Assembly: GCA_964586285.1 (NCBI GenBank)
Contig: CAZPHU010000007.1
Coordinates: forward strand, 2,339-66,338
Source: an uncultured Fibrobacterota bacterium
Lineage (GTDB): Bacteria > Fibrobacterota > Chitinivibrionia > Chitinivibrionales > CAYFVL01
Direction of reading: 5' to 3'
DNA: 64,000 nt
The translations under genes were made by a program, and so were the position numbers. The notes under the pieces are model-generated. The model was not told the origin of the DNA and ran no database searches. It was given only the letters and a program-made list of their open reading frames with translations. Positions 8,703 to 16,774 of the stretch are shown piece by piece; the stretch's first letter is position 1; the number at the start of each line of letters is the position of its first letter.

Positions 8703-9813
8703 GAGAGGATTTATCCAGATTTATCATTTGTTCACCGCTCGAGGTGTAATCTTCAACCACGGGATTTTTAATCTCCCGTAATTTTCGAGTAACCTGAGAT
8801 ATTCGTTCCGTTTCCTCAAGAATAGCTTTAACGCGATTTTGCAGCTCTGGGGGGTAACGTTCCATCATCATTTCAAGGAACTGAGCATTTCCTGATATGA
8901 TCATGAGAGGGTTATTAATTTCATGGTTAACCGAAGCTACAATTTCACCTATTGCCGCAAGACGTTTAGATTTTATGAGTTCAGTCTGAGTTTTTTTGAG
9001 ATCATGGGCCATATCGAAGAATGCTTGGGCAAGATCTCCAATTTCATCTTTAGGATAACCGCTGGGATTAAAATCAAAATCGCCACGCGCTATTTCGCTT
9101 GTAGATTCACGTAAACGTCTGAGTGAATTCGTAATTGCCCGTGAGAAAAACAGGCCGAAAAGAATAGAAAAAACCGAAATGCCGATCACGATAACGATAG
9201 TTAGCTTGCTCATGTTTTCGATACGGGTGCCAATTTCCTGTATTCGCAATCTCGTTTGATGGTCCAGGAGTGAGTCACTTGTCGCCAGTCCCTTCCTCAG
9301 ACCCATATCGGCGCTGTCCAGAACCGAGCTTAAAACCGAAATGCGCGAATCGGATCTAGAGGGATTATCCTTTTCTATGTATGTATGCAACTCCTTGAAT
9401 GCACGATTATATATGAAATTGTTCTCTTTTACGTTCTGTTTAATTGTATCAAGAAGAGGTTTAAGATCGGACATCCGTTGGGACTGTTCACTTGTTAAGG
9501 AGTCGGCTTTTATTGCGGCATTTAGCTGCATCAAAACCGAATCAATCAATTGCGTTGCGGTACGGCCTCTTTCGAAGAAATTGGAAGCACTCTCTTTTTT
9601 GCGCAGATCTCGGTAGATAGTAAGGCTTTGGTTTTGGCGGAAGTGAAGGTTACCAATATGAACGAGTTGATTCTTGGCTTCATTTTGTCGCCTTAAGATA
9701 TCCGCAATAATGTTCAAATCGCTTAATTTGGAGACAATCAGCACGAAAAAAGCGTTCAGAAGAATTATGATCAAAAACCCAAAGAACAGTTTGGGGGCAA
9801 TGTTTATCTTCAT
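8692..9813 (-). CDS. membrane sensor with HAMP and HisKA/DHp domains but no HATPase catalytic domain
   Basis: 373 aa. TM1 (FFGFLIIILLNAFFVLIV), ~170-aa extracytoplasmic helical region, TM2, HAMP (EIARGDFDF...GDLAQAFFDM), H-box SVNHEINNPL. The protein ends ~75 aa after the His with no N/G1/G2 boxes. Confidence 0.7.
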   Translation of the reverse strand: MKINIAPKLFFGFLIIILLNAFFVLIVSKLSDLNIIADILRRQNEAKNQLVHIGNLHFRQNQSLTIYRDLRKKESASNFFERGRTATQLIDSVLMQLNAAIKADSLTSEQSQRMSDLKPLLDTIKQNVKENNFIYNRAFKELHTYIEKDNPSRSDSRISVLSSVLDSADMGLRKGLATSDSLLDHQTRLRIQEIGTRIENMSKLTIVIVIGISVFSILFGLFFSRAITNSLRRLRESTSEIARGDFDFNPSGYPKDEIGDLAQAFFDMAHDLKKTQTELIKSKRLAAIGEIVASVNHEINNPLMIISGNAQFLEMMMERYPPELQNRVKAILEETERISQVTRKLREIKNPVVEDYTSSGEQMINLDKSSHDG

Positions 9814-9839
9814 TATTTATTTCACCACCACTATATTTT

Positions 9840-12335
9840 TCAAAAATCATATCCCGCAGAAAAGTATAGGATGTTTTCTTCGGTTATTCCATAATTGTTT
9901 TTTATCACTTCGCTTGTTCGAAGCAATCGGCCCCAGGCCAGTTGTATGGGGCCTAGAAATGATTGATAGGCGAAGGCTATTCCTACTCCTAAGGGAGCGT
10001 TATCAACAAACTCTCGAAAATTCCGAGTTGAGAAGCTGAAATCAGGTTGTTGCCATACGTAACCCCAATCGAGCGTGGTTTTTATAAAAGACTTCTTCTG
10101 TATGGAAAAAGTGTAACTCCCGCTAACAACCACCATAATATCCCCGGGCAATGATCGTGGTCGTAAGCCGGTGAAAGGGATATAATTATATACGCTCAAA
10201 TCACGGTATTTTTCTTCCGGAAGAATCCCGCCCAAGTAATTGCGCTCTACTGCTGGAAGTGATTTATCGGCCCAGCCGAACTGAATCTGTGGAGAAACTG
10301 TATGCCTTTCACAAAAAGTATAAAATTGGCGAAGGTAACCACTTACATTCAGGAAATTCTCAGTTCCACCAATAATATCACTGGCACCACCTACAGTAAT
10401 ATAGTGTTTTTGTCCATAACGTGGAAAGGGAAAACGATCAAGATTGTCGATGTTCAACCGGATGAAAAGATATCTCAAACCGTCACGGTATCCTCCGAGA
10501 GGATTCGCGTTATTGCCGCCCCATAATTCAAAGTCTTGAGTACCCAGTTTGTTCAAGGTGTACTTTTCAAGCTTCACTCCGCCGCTGATCATTACACTTC
10601 GTCCAAGCTGGGTTCCCGCTGTAAGTACCACCCCTGCTTTTCTAAGGCTGGTTTCTGCGTAGCGGGTTATCGATTCATATATGGCCGTGTCGGAAGTATC
10701 TACACTAACAACAACGGTATCTGTGACTCTTTCACGAGAAAAATAGGCCTGCAGTCGGGCATTGTTAGACACGATCGAAGAAAAAAGTCCGCTTCCCTGA
10801 AGCTCAAACGCGTACTTTTCTCGACGTATGCCGTATTGAAGATGGAGCAGTGCACAAACTCCCATTCCTAATAAATTTTCGTAGGCCGGCTGTATATAAC
10901 CCTCGCCAAGATGATATTGATCGAACCTGAGGCCAAAACGTGTTCGCCAATACTCCTTTTCCTGAACTAAAATATGAAGAACAGCTAAAGAATCCAAATA
11001 CATATTGGCCGTACTGAAAAGACCGGTGGCATAAAGTCTGCCAATGGCTTTTTCTATCATACCTCTCTTTAAACACATCCCCTTCTTAAGATCTGATGCC
11101 TTAACTATCATATATTCGGATGTGTATGAGTTACCTTCAATTATTATATCGCGTATACGTCCGGGATCTACATGAACTACTGCTTTATTGTCTTTCTGAT
11201 CAACGTTATGTGTCGCGAAAATGTATCCTGTTTGTTCAAGTATCGTGTGAAGAGAATCGAGAGTCTTTCCCAAAGATTGGCTGTTTTCACTCAAACCAAT
11301 CTTCAATGCATTCAGTAGTTCACTGTCATCACATTCCCAGGTGACTTTAAAAGGAACATCCTCAGAATCGACTGTGACTTCGTTTGGGGCGACTTCGGCT
11401 TGAGCCAGAAGCTTTCGAATTTCGGGTATCAACTTTTTAGCAGCACGATACCCTTGCTCAATTAAAAAATCTATCCTGGAAAAATCGGTATTTCGAGTTT
11501 TTTCAAGATCCGGTTTAATTGTTATATCCGCACAGCCACGATCATTCTTCTTTTGCTCCTCAATACTTATAGCCACTACCTGATTAACCAGGTGCATCGG
11601 ATTTGAAAGTTCTTCTCTTTCGTATAAGGGAGAAGTTACATCAATTGCAATAATACACTTTGCATCCTTTTCGACTGCCGGTTTAACAGGAATATTTGCG
11701 GTTAATCCGCCGTCCAGTAACAAAAGTGTATCCATTTGCACAGGTGAGAAGGCTAGAGGGATGCCACATGAAGAACGAATGGCGGAAGATAGATTGCCTT
11801 CAGAGAAAACAACTGGTTTGCCGGAGACAATATCCGTACTAACCACACGCAGGGGTATGGGCAAACTGTCAAAATTTACACCAGCGTGATAAAGCGGAGC
11901 CGCTAAATGAGGGGTGAGGAACTCAAAAAATGACTGACCGTATGAAAAGGAATTCGGAAGAATCGGGGTTAGATCTTCATCAAATCGAAGCTCGAAAAGA
12001 TAGTTGGCCGGTTCAGCTTTCTGACTTACCAATAGTGACTTACGTTTCGCTTCGTTAGAAAAAAATTGTTCCCAGCTAATTTTTTTTGAGATAGACTTCA
12101 ACGAGTCGGGGCTAATACCAACCGCGTACAAACTTCCGATAATTGCACCCATACTGGTTGCTACTATAAGATCGGGTTTTATCCCGTGCTCTTCCAATGC
12201 CTTAAGGACACCAATCTGAGCAAGTCCCCTGGATCCTCCACCACTAAGAACAAGCGCTAATTGAGGAGGTGTTTGAGAATGCGCGATCGAATGGAGAGCA
12301 AAAAGGAAGATCAAAAATGAGCAAAGTTTCTTCAT
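9840..12335 (-). CDS. patatin-like phospholipase fused to POTRA/Omp85 beta-barrel (PlpD-like, type Vd secretion architecture)
   Basis: 831 aa. Signal peptide, oxyanion motif SGGGSRG, nucleophile elbow ATSMG, catalytic DGG, then a long beta-rich C-terminal region ending ...YFSAGYDF (aromatic C-terminus of OM barrels). Confidence 0.85.
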   Translation of the reverse strand: MKKLCSFLIFLFALHSIAHSQTPPQLALVLSGGGSRGLAQIGVLKALEEHGIKPDLIVATSMGAIIGSLYAVGISPDSLKSISKKISWEQFFSNEAKRKSLLVSQKAEPANYLFELRFDEDLTPILPNSFSYGQSFFEFLTPHLAAPLYHAGVNFDSLPIPLRVVSTDIVSGKPVVFSEGNLSSAIRSSCGIPLAFSPVQMDTLLLLDGGLTANIPVKPAVEKDAKCIIAIDVTSPLYEREELSNPMHLVNQVVAISIEEQKKNDRGCADITIKPDLEKTRNTDFSRIDFLIEQGYRAAKKLIPEIRKLLAQAEVAPNEVTVDSEDVPFKVTWECDDSELLNALKIGLSENSQSLGKTLDSLHTILEQTGYIFATHNVDQKDNKAVVHVDPGRIRDIIIEGNSYTSEYMIVKASDLKKGMCLKRGMIEKAIGRLYATGLFSTANMYLDSLAVLHILVQEKEYWRTRFGLRFDQYHLGEGYIQPAYENLLGMGVCALLHLQYGIRREKYAFELQGSGLFSSIVSNNARLQAYFSRERVTDTVVVSVDTSDTAIYESITRYAETSLRKAGVVLTAGTQLGRSVMISGGVKLEKYTLNKLGTQDFELWGGNNANPLGGYRDGLRYLFIRLNIDNLDRFPFPRYGQKHYITVGGASDIIGGTENFLNVSGYLRQFYTFCERHTVSPQIQFGWADKSLPAVERNYLGGILPEEKYRDLSVYNYIPFTGLRPRSLPGDIMVVVSGSYTFSIQKKSFIKTTLDWGYVWQQPDFSFSTRNFREFVDNAPLGVGIAFAYQSFLGPIQLAWGRLLRTSEVIKNNYGITEENILYFSAGYDF

Positions 12336-12458
12336 GTTTATATCATTGACAATAGTTTTGTTTATCGAGGGCAGATTGTATTTTTGGCCTCTACGCTAGG
12401 GTTCGTTTGTTATTACTGTATATAATCATTGTCTGAAAAAATACATTCACGGATTACT

Positions 12459-13502
12459 ATGAAAATGCGGCAAATATTGGCGATTTTTTCTCTTTTCTTA
12501 TTTTTTCATGTTGATCAGGGGATTTGTGGACCTAAGGATTCATCCCTTAGCTTATTTGGAAAAATAGGCACCTATATGAATAATTTAGAATATAGTAATG
12601 AATTCAGAGAGGGGGCTACACATCTTGGTGCTCAATCCTTTTTGGGTTTTAGATGGAATGCTACCGAGCACGTAATATTTGAATTGGGAGCATACGTCAG
12701 AAAACTTTTCGGCGATACGCTGTTATTTACAGATGCACGCCCGATTTTAAGCGCTGGAGTTATGTATGAGCACTTTCGCTTTATAATAGGAGAATTTACC
12801 CGATTTCGTCCCTATTTAATAGATGCTCTGTTAAAGTATCAATACAGTTTTGATCCAGGTATTGATGAAGGGCTGATGGTCGGTTATCAGACTCCATCCG
12901 CATCATATGATGCCTGGGTTTCGTGGTATTCGCTTAATACGCCAAATCGAAGGGAGCATTTCAGCATAGGCACGCAAATAAGGATTCAACCGGCATCATG
13001 GCAGTTTTCCGTGATGGCATTAGCGGAACACTACGGTGGCCAGCAATTCGCTCCAGTTGATGATCCCGTGCGTGAAAATTTGTCCTCAGCCGGTGAAGTT
13101 GCATATACCTGGGCCCCCCAAGAAGTTGTTCAGGAATTGAAATTCAGCAATATTTTGTATGCGTCTGCAACAAGACCTGATCGAGGCCAATCGACAGCAT
13201 TTCAAACAGGCTGGGGCGCTCAGTCAAAACTTTCCATATCAATGTCCAACTGGAAACTTACGGGTGCGCTTTTTTATGGGAAAGATTTCACTGCTTGGCA
13301 GGGTAATCCTCTGTATCAGATTGATGGATGGTACTTTTTTATCCAGAGCATGAGGAGTTTTCAATTCTCAGAAAGAGCCAGTCTTGAGGCCGGTATTCGT
13401 TTTGATATAGTCGATAAGCCTCCCGTCGAATATATAAAACATTTGGAGCATGAAATAAGACTCCTTTTTGAAGGCACGTTTGATCATGCAATACATCTTT
13501 AG
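12459..13502 (+). CDS. hypothetical secreted protein, probable outer-membrane beta-barrel
   Basis: The ORF track starts at TTG 12429. The ATG at 12459 gives a cleaner signal peptide (MKMRQILAIFSLFLFFHV). Alternating aromatic/polar beta-strand pattern, no recognisable family. Confidence 0.5.
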   Translation: MKMRQILAIFSLFLFFHVDQGICGPKDSSLSLFGKIGTYMNNLEYSNEFREGATHLGAQSFLGFRWNATEHVIFELGAYVRKLFGDTLLFTDARPILSAGVMYEHFRFIIGEFTRFRPYLIDALLKYQYSFDPGIDEGLMVGYQTPSASYDAWVSWYSLNTPNRREHFSIGTQIRIQPASWQFSVMALAEHYGGQQFAPVDDPVRENLSSAGEVAYTWAPQEVVQELKFSNILYASATRPDRGQSTAFQTGWGAQSKLSISMSNWKLTGALFYGKDFTAWQGNPLYQIDGWYFFIQSMRSFQFSERASLEAGIRFDIVDKPPVEYIKHLEHEIRLLFEGTFDHAIHL

Positions 13503-13637
13503 TGATTCCTTTTAATGATTCCTGCAAACCACAACGACTTCTTTATTTCCTGTTCAGTCTTGTACGGTTACTATATTATCAGTGACTTCTTTTCAGTTAT
13601 TTTTGGCTAATGCACCAAAAAACGTAAAGAGAGCAAA

Positions 13638-15272
13638 ATGGCTCTGCGGAACAGTATTCATATATGGTGTGTACTATCCCTTGCCACAATATTTCATGTA
13701 TCAGGTTTTGATCTTGAAGAGTTGCCGCATAATAAGATGACAGCTCTTTACTTGTTGGGGCAGGGTGACATCGATTCGACTTTTTTCAAACTGATCGAGC
13801 CTTTATATGATTCTCCTATTGACGTTGCATCCGGTGAGTTATCTGCCCTGATCGATATCTTTCCGCATTTACGACCTCACATACCCTCCGATGACGAACT
13901 GAGCGAATACCTTCCCCTGACTTATTCAAATCAGAAGAGATTGTTACATGATTATCCCGTTTTGGCTTTGTATCGGCCAATACTGTCATTTTCCGGTTGG
14001 ACTCACCAACGTACAACCCTGATTGTCATTGATTCCAGATTGCGGCCTGATACCGATGAGTCCTTGCATAGTATGAGATTCAATATATCAGACAAAAACA
14101 TGATCTTTGGAAAAGGTACTGTCGATTTTGATGACGAGACTGCAAGATGGCGGCGGAGACAACTTGCCTTTAGACCGTCTGAGTGGTTACATTTTCAGGT
14201 GGGAAACCTCACAAATGTGGTTAGAAATACAATCGTTTACGGACGGTTTGGAAAAGACTCCAGCACTGAAAAGAATAGTAAATCAAATTGGCTCTACAGC
14301 AATACACGAGGTTGGAATGGCGCAAATCTAAATTTTTCAATGCCTTCTGGTCCTAGCATTAAGACTGCCGCGCACTTTCGCTCAACCGAACAGGTATTTT
14401 ATTCATGTGCGGATGTTCCAGTGAATTCCTGGTTTAGCTTTTTAAGCGGTTTATCGTATTTTCGTAGTCTTGAAGAGGAAAACCATATTTCGGAAAGAAT
14501 AGAAAACGTGAATGCCTCGAGCCGGCGGGCTTACATAGCACATTTGGGAGTGGAGTTTGATTACGATTCATTCCTCGCTTGTTTAAACGCGGACATCATT
14601 AATAATAACCCCGGATCTGTTCCAATAAGAGCAAAATTATTGTTTAAAAGAAAAGGTGGCGGCCTTTCACTTGATTTTGTTCATTTTCCACCACATGTAT
14701 CTTTGCCGCTAAGCAGGGAGTATAATTCTTTAGCCGGCCGTGTATCTCTGATTGGAAATCGGGGTCTTACAGAAATGAGGATCAAACCGACTTTTGAGCT
14801 TCACGATCTTTTGAGCCTTCGTGCATATTACCGGATAACCTGTGCTGAAAACAAATTTCGTTACACCCTCTCCAATAAGATCTCTGTTGATACTCATTTC
14901 CCTCTTTCACTAATTTACCGCTATGACTCGGGCAAAAAGCAGATTTCGCGACATAATGTAGCTGTCAGGCAATCCGCGGCATTTGGGCCTTGCGAGCTAT
15001 TTGTGAATCCCTCCTTTCGCATATCACAGGATACTCTTTCGGATATGGGTATTCTGACGCGTGCTTCAGTCGAATTTTTTTCGTTTCTGTTGTTGGAAAC
15101 GGAAGTCGCGGCCTCAAAAAGAGTCGGTCGGGCTGCAGGTTCACACTTCGGTTTAATTTTTAGAACCGAGCTGTTTGAAAAGACCTTTGGAGCTTACGGC
15201 ATCAGGATGACTTATGAAAATAGGCGCTTTCGGGAGGTTGAAATTGATGCTGAAACGAGTTTTTGTTTTTAA
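13638..15272 (+). CDS. hypothetical secreted protein, probable outer-membrane beta-barrel with ~120-aa N-terminal soluble domain
   Basis: 544 aa. Signal peptide (IHIWCVLSLATIFHVSG), beta-rich C-terminal two-thirds ending ...AETSFCF (terminal Phe). Confidence 0.5.
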   Translation: MALRNSIHIWCVLSLATIFHVSGFDLEELPHNKMTALYLLGQGDIDSTFFKLIEPLYDSPIDVASGELSALIDIFPHLRPHIPSDDELSEYLPLTYSNQKRLLHDYPVLALYRPILSFSGWTHQRTTLIVIDSRLRPDTDESLHSMRFNISDKNMIFGKGTVDFDDETARWRRRQLAFRPSEWLHFQVGNLTNVVRNTIVYGRFGKDSSTEKNSKSNWLYSNTRGWNGANLNFSMPSGPSIKTAAHFRSTEQVFYSCADVPVNSWFSFLSGLSYFRSLEEENHISERIENVNASSRRAYIAHLGVEFDYDSFLACLNADIINNNPGSVPIRAKLLFKRKGGGLSLDFVHFPPHVSLPLSREYNSLAGRVSLIGNRGLTEMRIKPTFELHDLLSLRAYYRITCAENKFRYTLSNKISVDTHFPLSLIYRYDSGKKQISRHNVAVRQSAAFGPCELFVNPSFRISQDTLSDMGILTRASVEFFSFLLLETEVAASKRVGRAAGSHFGLIFRTELFEKTFGAYGIRMTYENRRFREVEIDAETSFCF

Positions 15273-16104
15273 CTGGATTACCTGCTGTCTCGCAATATCA
15301 TGCACTTCTCCTGTTTCTAATGGTTCTCATTCCAGAATCGATTGCTATATACTGGATGTTGGACAAGGTCTATCACAGATAATAACCAACGGGAAATCAG
15401 CTGTTGTTATTGATCTTGGAAAAGAGAAATATAGTGAACGTTGGCTGAGGGCGTATGGGAGTATCGGAAGTCCTTACATTGAATGGATCTGTATCAGCCA
15501 CACCGATGAGGACCACGCAGGAGGTTTACGTAGTTTGCCCGCAAGTGTGCCTTTTAGTAAAAAGGTCTATCTGGGTGCGATGGTTGATAGTGTATTGATA
15601 AGATCTTATGTCCAACATCTCGGGGAAACGGTCGATTTATGTATGATTTCACGAGGAGATAGTATCAAAGGACCTGCTTCGGTTAATTTCACTTGTCTAT
15701 GGCCTCCGGCTAAACCATTGGAAACCAAAACGGGAGAAGCAACTTATTCTAATAAATACAGCCTATGTTTGAGAGGAGATTATGTGTACACATCTTTCAT
15801 GATCACAAGCGATATAGATTCTACTTCAATGCGACAAATAGCAGCTGAAAATAAATACCGACTTGATATTGACTGGTTGGTTGTACCTCATCACGGCAGT
15901 AGGGGCTCTCTTCAAACTCAATTTTATGGTTATGCTTCTCCCCGGCGTGCAGTAATCTCTTGTGGAAAGGATAACGCCTATGAGCATCCCGCACCGGATG
16001 TAGAAAGATTCTTAACCGCAAGTCTAAGAATACCCATAGACATGACCCCTGTTTTCGGTAACATCCGTTATAGTACTAATGGATACTACTGGAACTGGGA
16101 GTGA
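15247..16104 (+). CDS. stand-alone ComEC/Rec2-type metallo-beta-lactamase-fold lipoprotein
   Basis: ATG at 15247 gives MLKRVFVFNWITCCLAISC (lipobox). ILDVGQG, ISHTDEDHAGG and VPHHGSRGS motifs match the MBL domain of ComEC, but no ComEC transmembrane or OB domain is present. Overlaps the upstream gene by 26 nt. Confidence 0.75.
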   Translation: MLKRVFVFNWITCCLAISCTSPVSNGSHSRIDCYILDVGQGLSQIITNGKSAVVIDLGKEKYSERWLRAYGSIGSPYIEWICISHTDEDHAGGLRSLPASVPFSKKVYLGAMVDSVLIRSYVQHLGETVDLCMISRGDSIKGPASVNFTCLWPPAKPLETKTGEATYSNKYSLCLRGDYVYTSFMITSDIDSTSMRQIAAENKYRLDIDWLVVPHHGSRGSLQTQFYGYASPRRAVISCGKDNAYEHPAPDVERFLTASLRIPIDMTPVFGNIRYSTNGYYWNWE

Positions 16105-16574
16105 GGGCAGAGAACTCTGTAGAACGCTGGGCAGGTAATACAATCATTTTGTTTTTATTCTTGACCGGGCACTCAAATAAGGTGCAGATTGTGTGTTAAA
16201 AATCAAACTTCGTTTACTTCCTCCCGTGAAAATTTTAACATCTCCGCTGATTTCATTCGATGTCGAATCGGAGACTTTCGAATGTGGCTGATGAGGATCG
16301 TTTAACAAGGTTTGCGGAGTCATCAACCAACCCCGATAGACCTTATCAACCCTATGTCGCGTAAGTTAGACGCATAGTAATATGTTTCCGGTGAGTATGG
16401 CTTTGTGACTTCGGTGATGATTTTACCCAGCTAAAGCAAGTTCAGATTGGGGAAGATTCTGCGCAGCTAAGTATAAACCGCCTAGGGATTTTCATGATCT
16501 CACCCCCTGCACTTCGGATTTTTATGGTGTCGATAATCAAAAATTTTACTGTTGTACCAATTTGCACGCAGATA

Positions 16575-16640
16575 TGGTATAATCACAGACACGCAAATTT
16601 TCTGTAGCCGGAGGGATGTTAGAATTCTCGATTTGCGTGT
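16575..16640 (+). promoter_or_regulatory. candidate extended -10 promoter (TGgTATAAT, 16575-16583) followed by a perfect 10-bp inverted repeat
   Basis: TGGTATAAT read directly. ACACGCAAAT (16589-16598) and ATTTGCGTGT (16631-16640) are perfect reverse complements 32 nt apart. A third related box TTTGCACGCA is at 16561-16570. The site is ~135-200 nt upstream of the histidine kinase start. Confidence 0.3.
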
Positions 16641-16774
16641 AAGTGTATGTTGCAATATGTTTTAATTGCTTTTACCACACCTTTTTTGTATACTAATTAA
16701 TAGAATTGTGTATATAGATGAGAGTATAAAAAAGTCCGAACCCATTTATTAGAAATGGACAAGAAAATTTCCTG

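Noticed and set aside
16144-16326. 60-aa minus-strand ORF just after the ComEC-like gene
   Set aside because: It has no RBS, low-complexity Ser/Thr-rich sequence, and is isolated in the opposite orientation to both neighbours.
16461-16468. GCGCAGCT match to the 3' end of tRNA-Val as a possible att remnant, bounding a 4-kb island (kinase plus AraC gene)
   Set aside because: Only 8-10 nt match, no integrase or mobility gene is present, and no clear compositional break is visible. This is compatible with chance.
16563-16615. Words resembling the c-di-GMP-I (GEMM-I) riboswitch (CACGCA ... ACGCAAA ... GCCGGAGGG)
   Set aside because: Only short fragments match. The GGGCAAA / GNRA tetraloop-receptor parts and the overall two-hairpin layout are missing. 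The ACGCAAA words are better explained as an inverted-repeat family.
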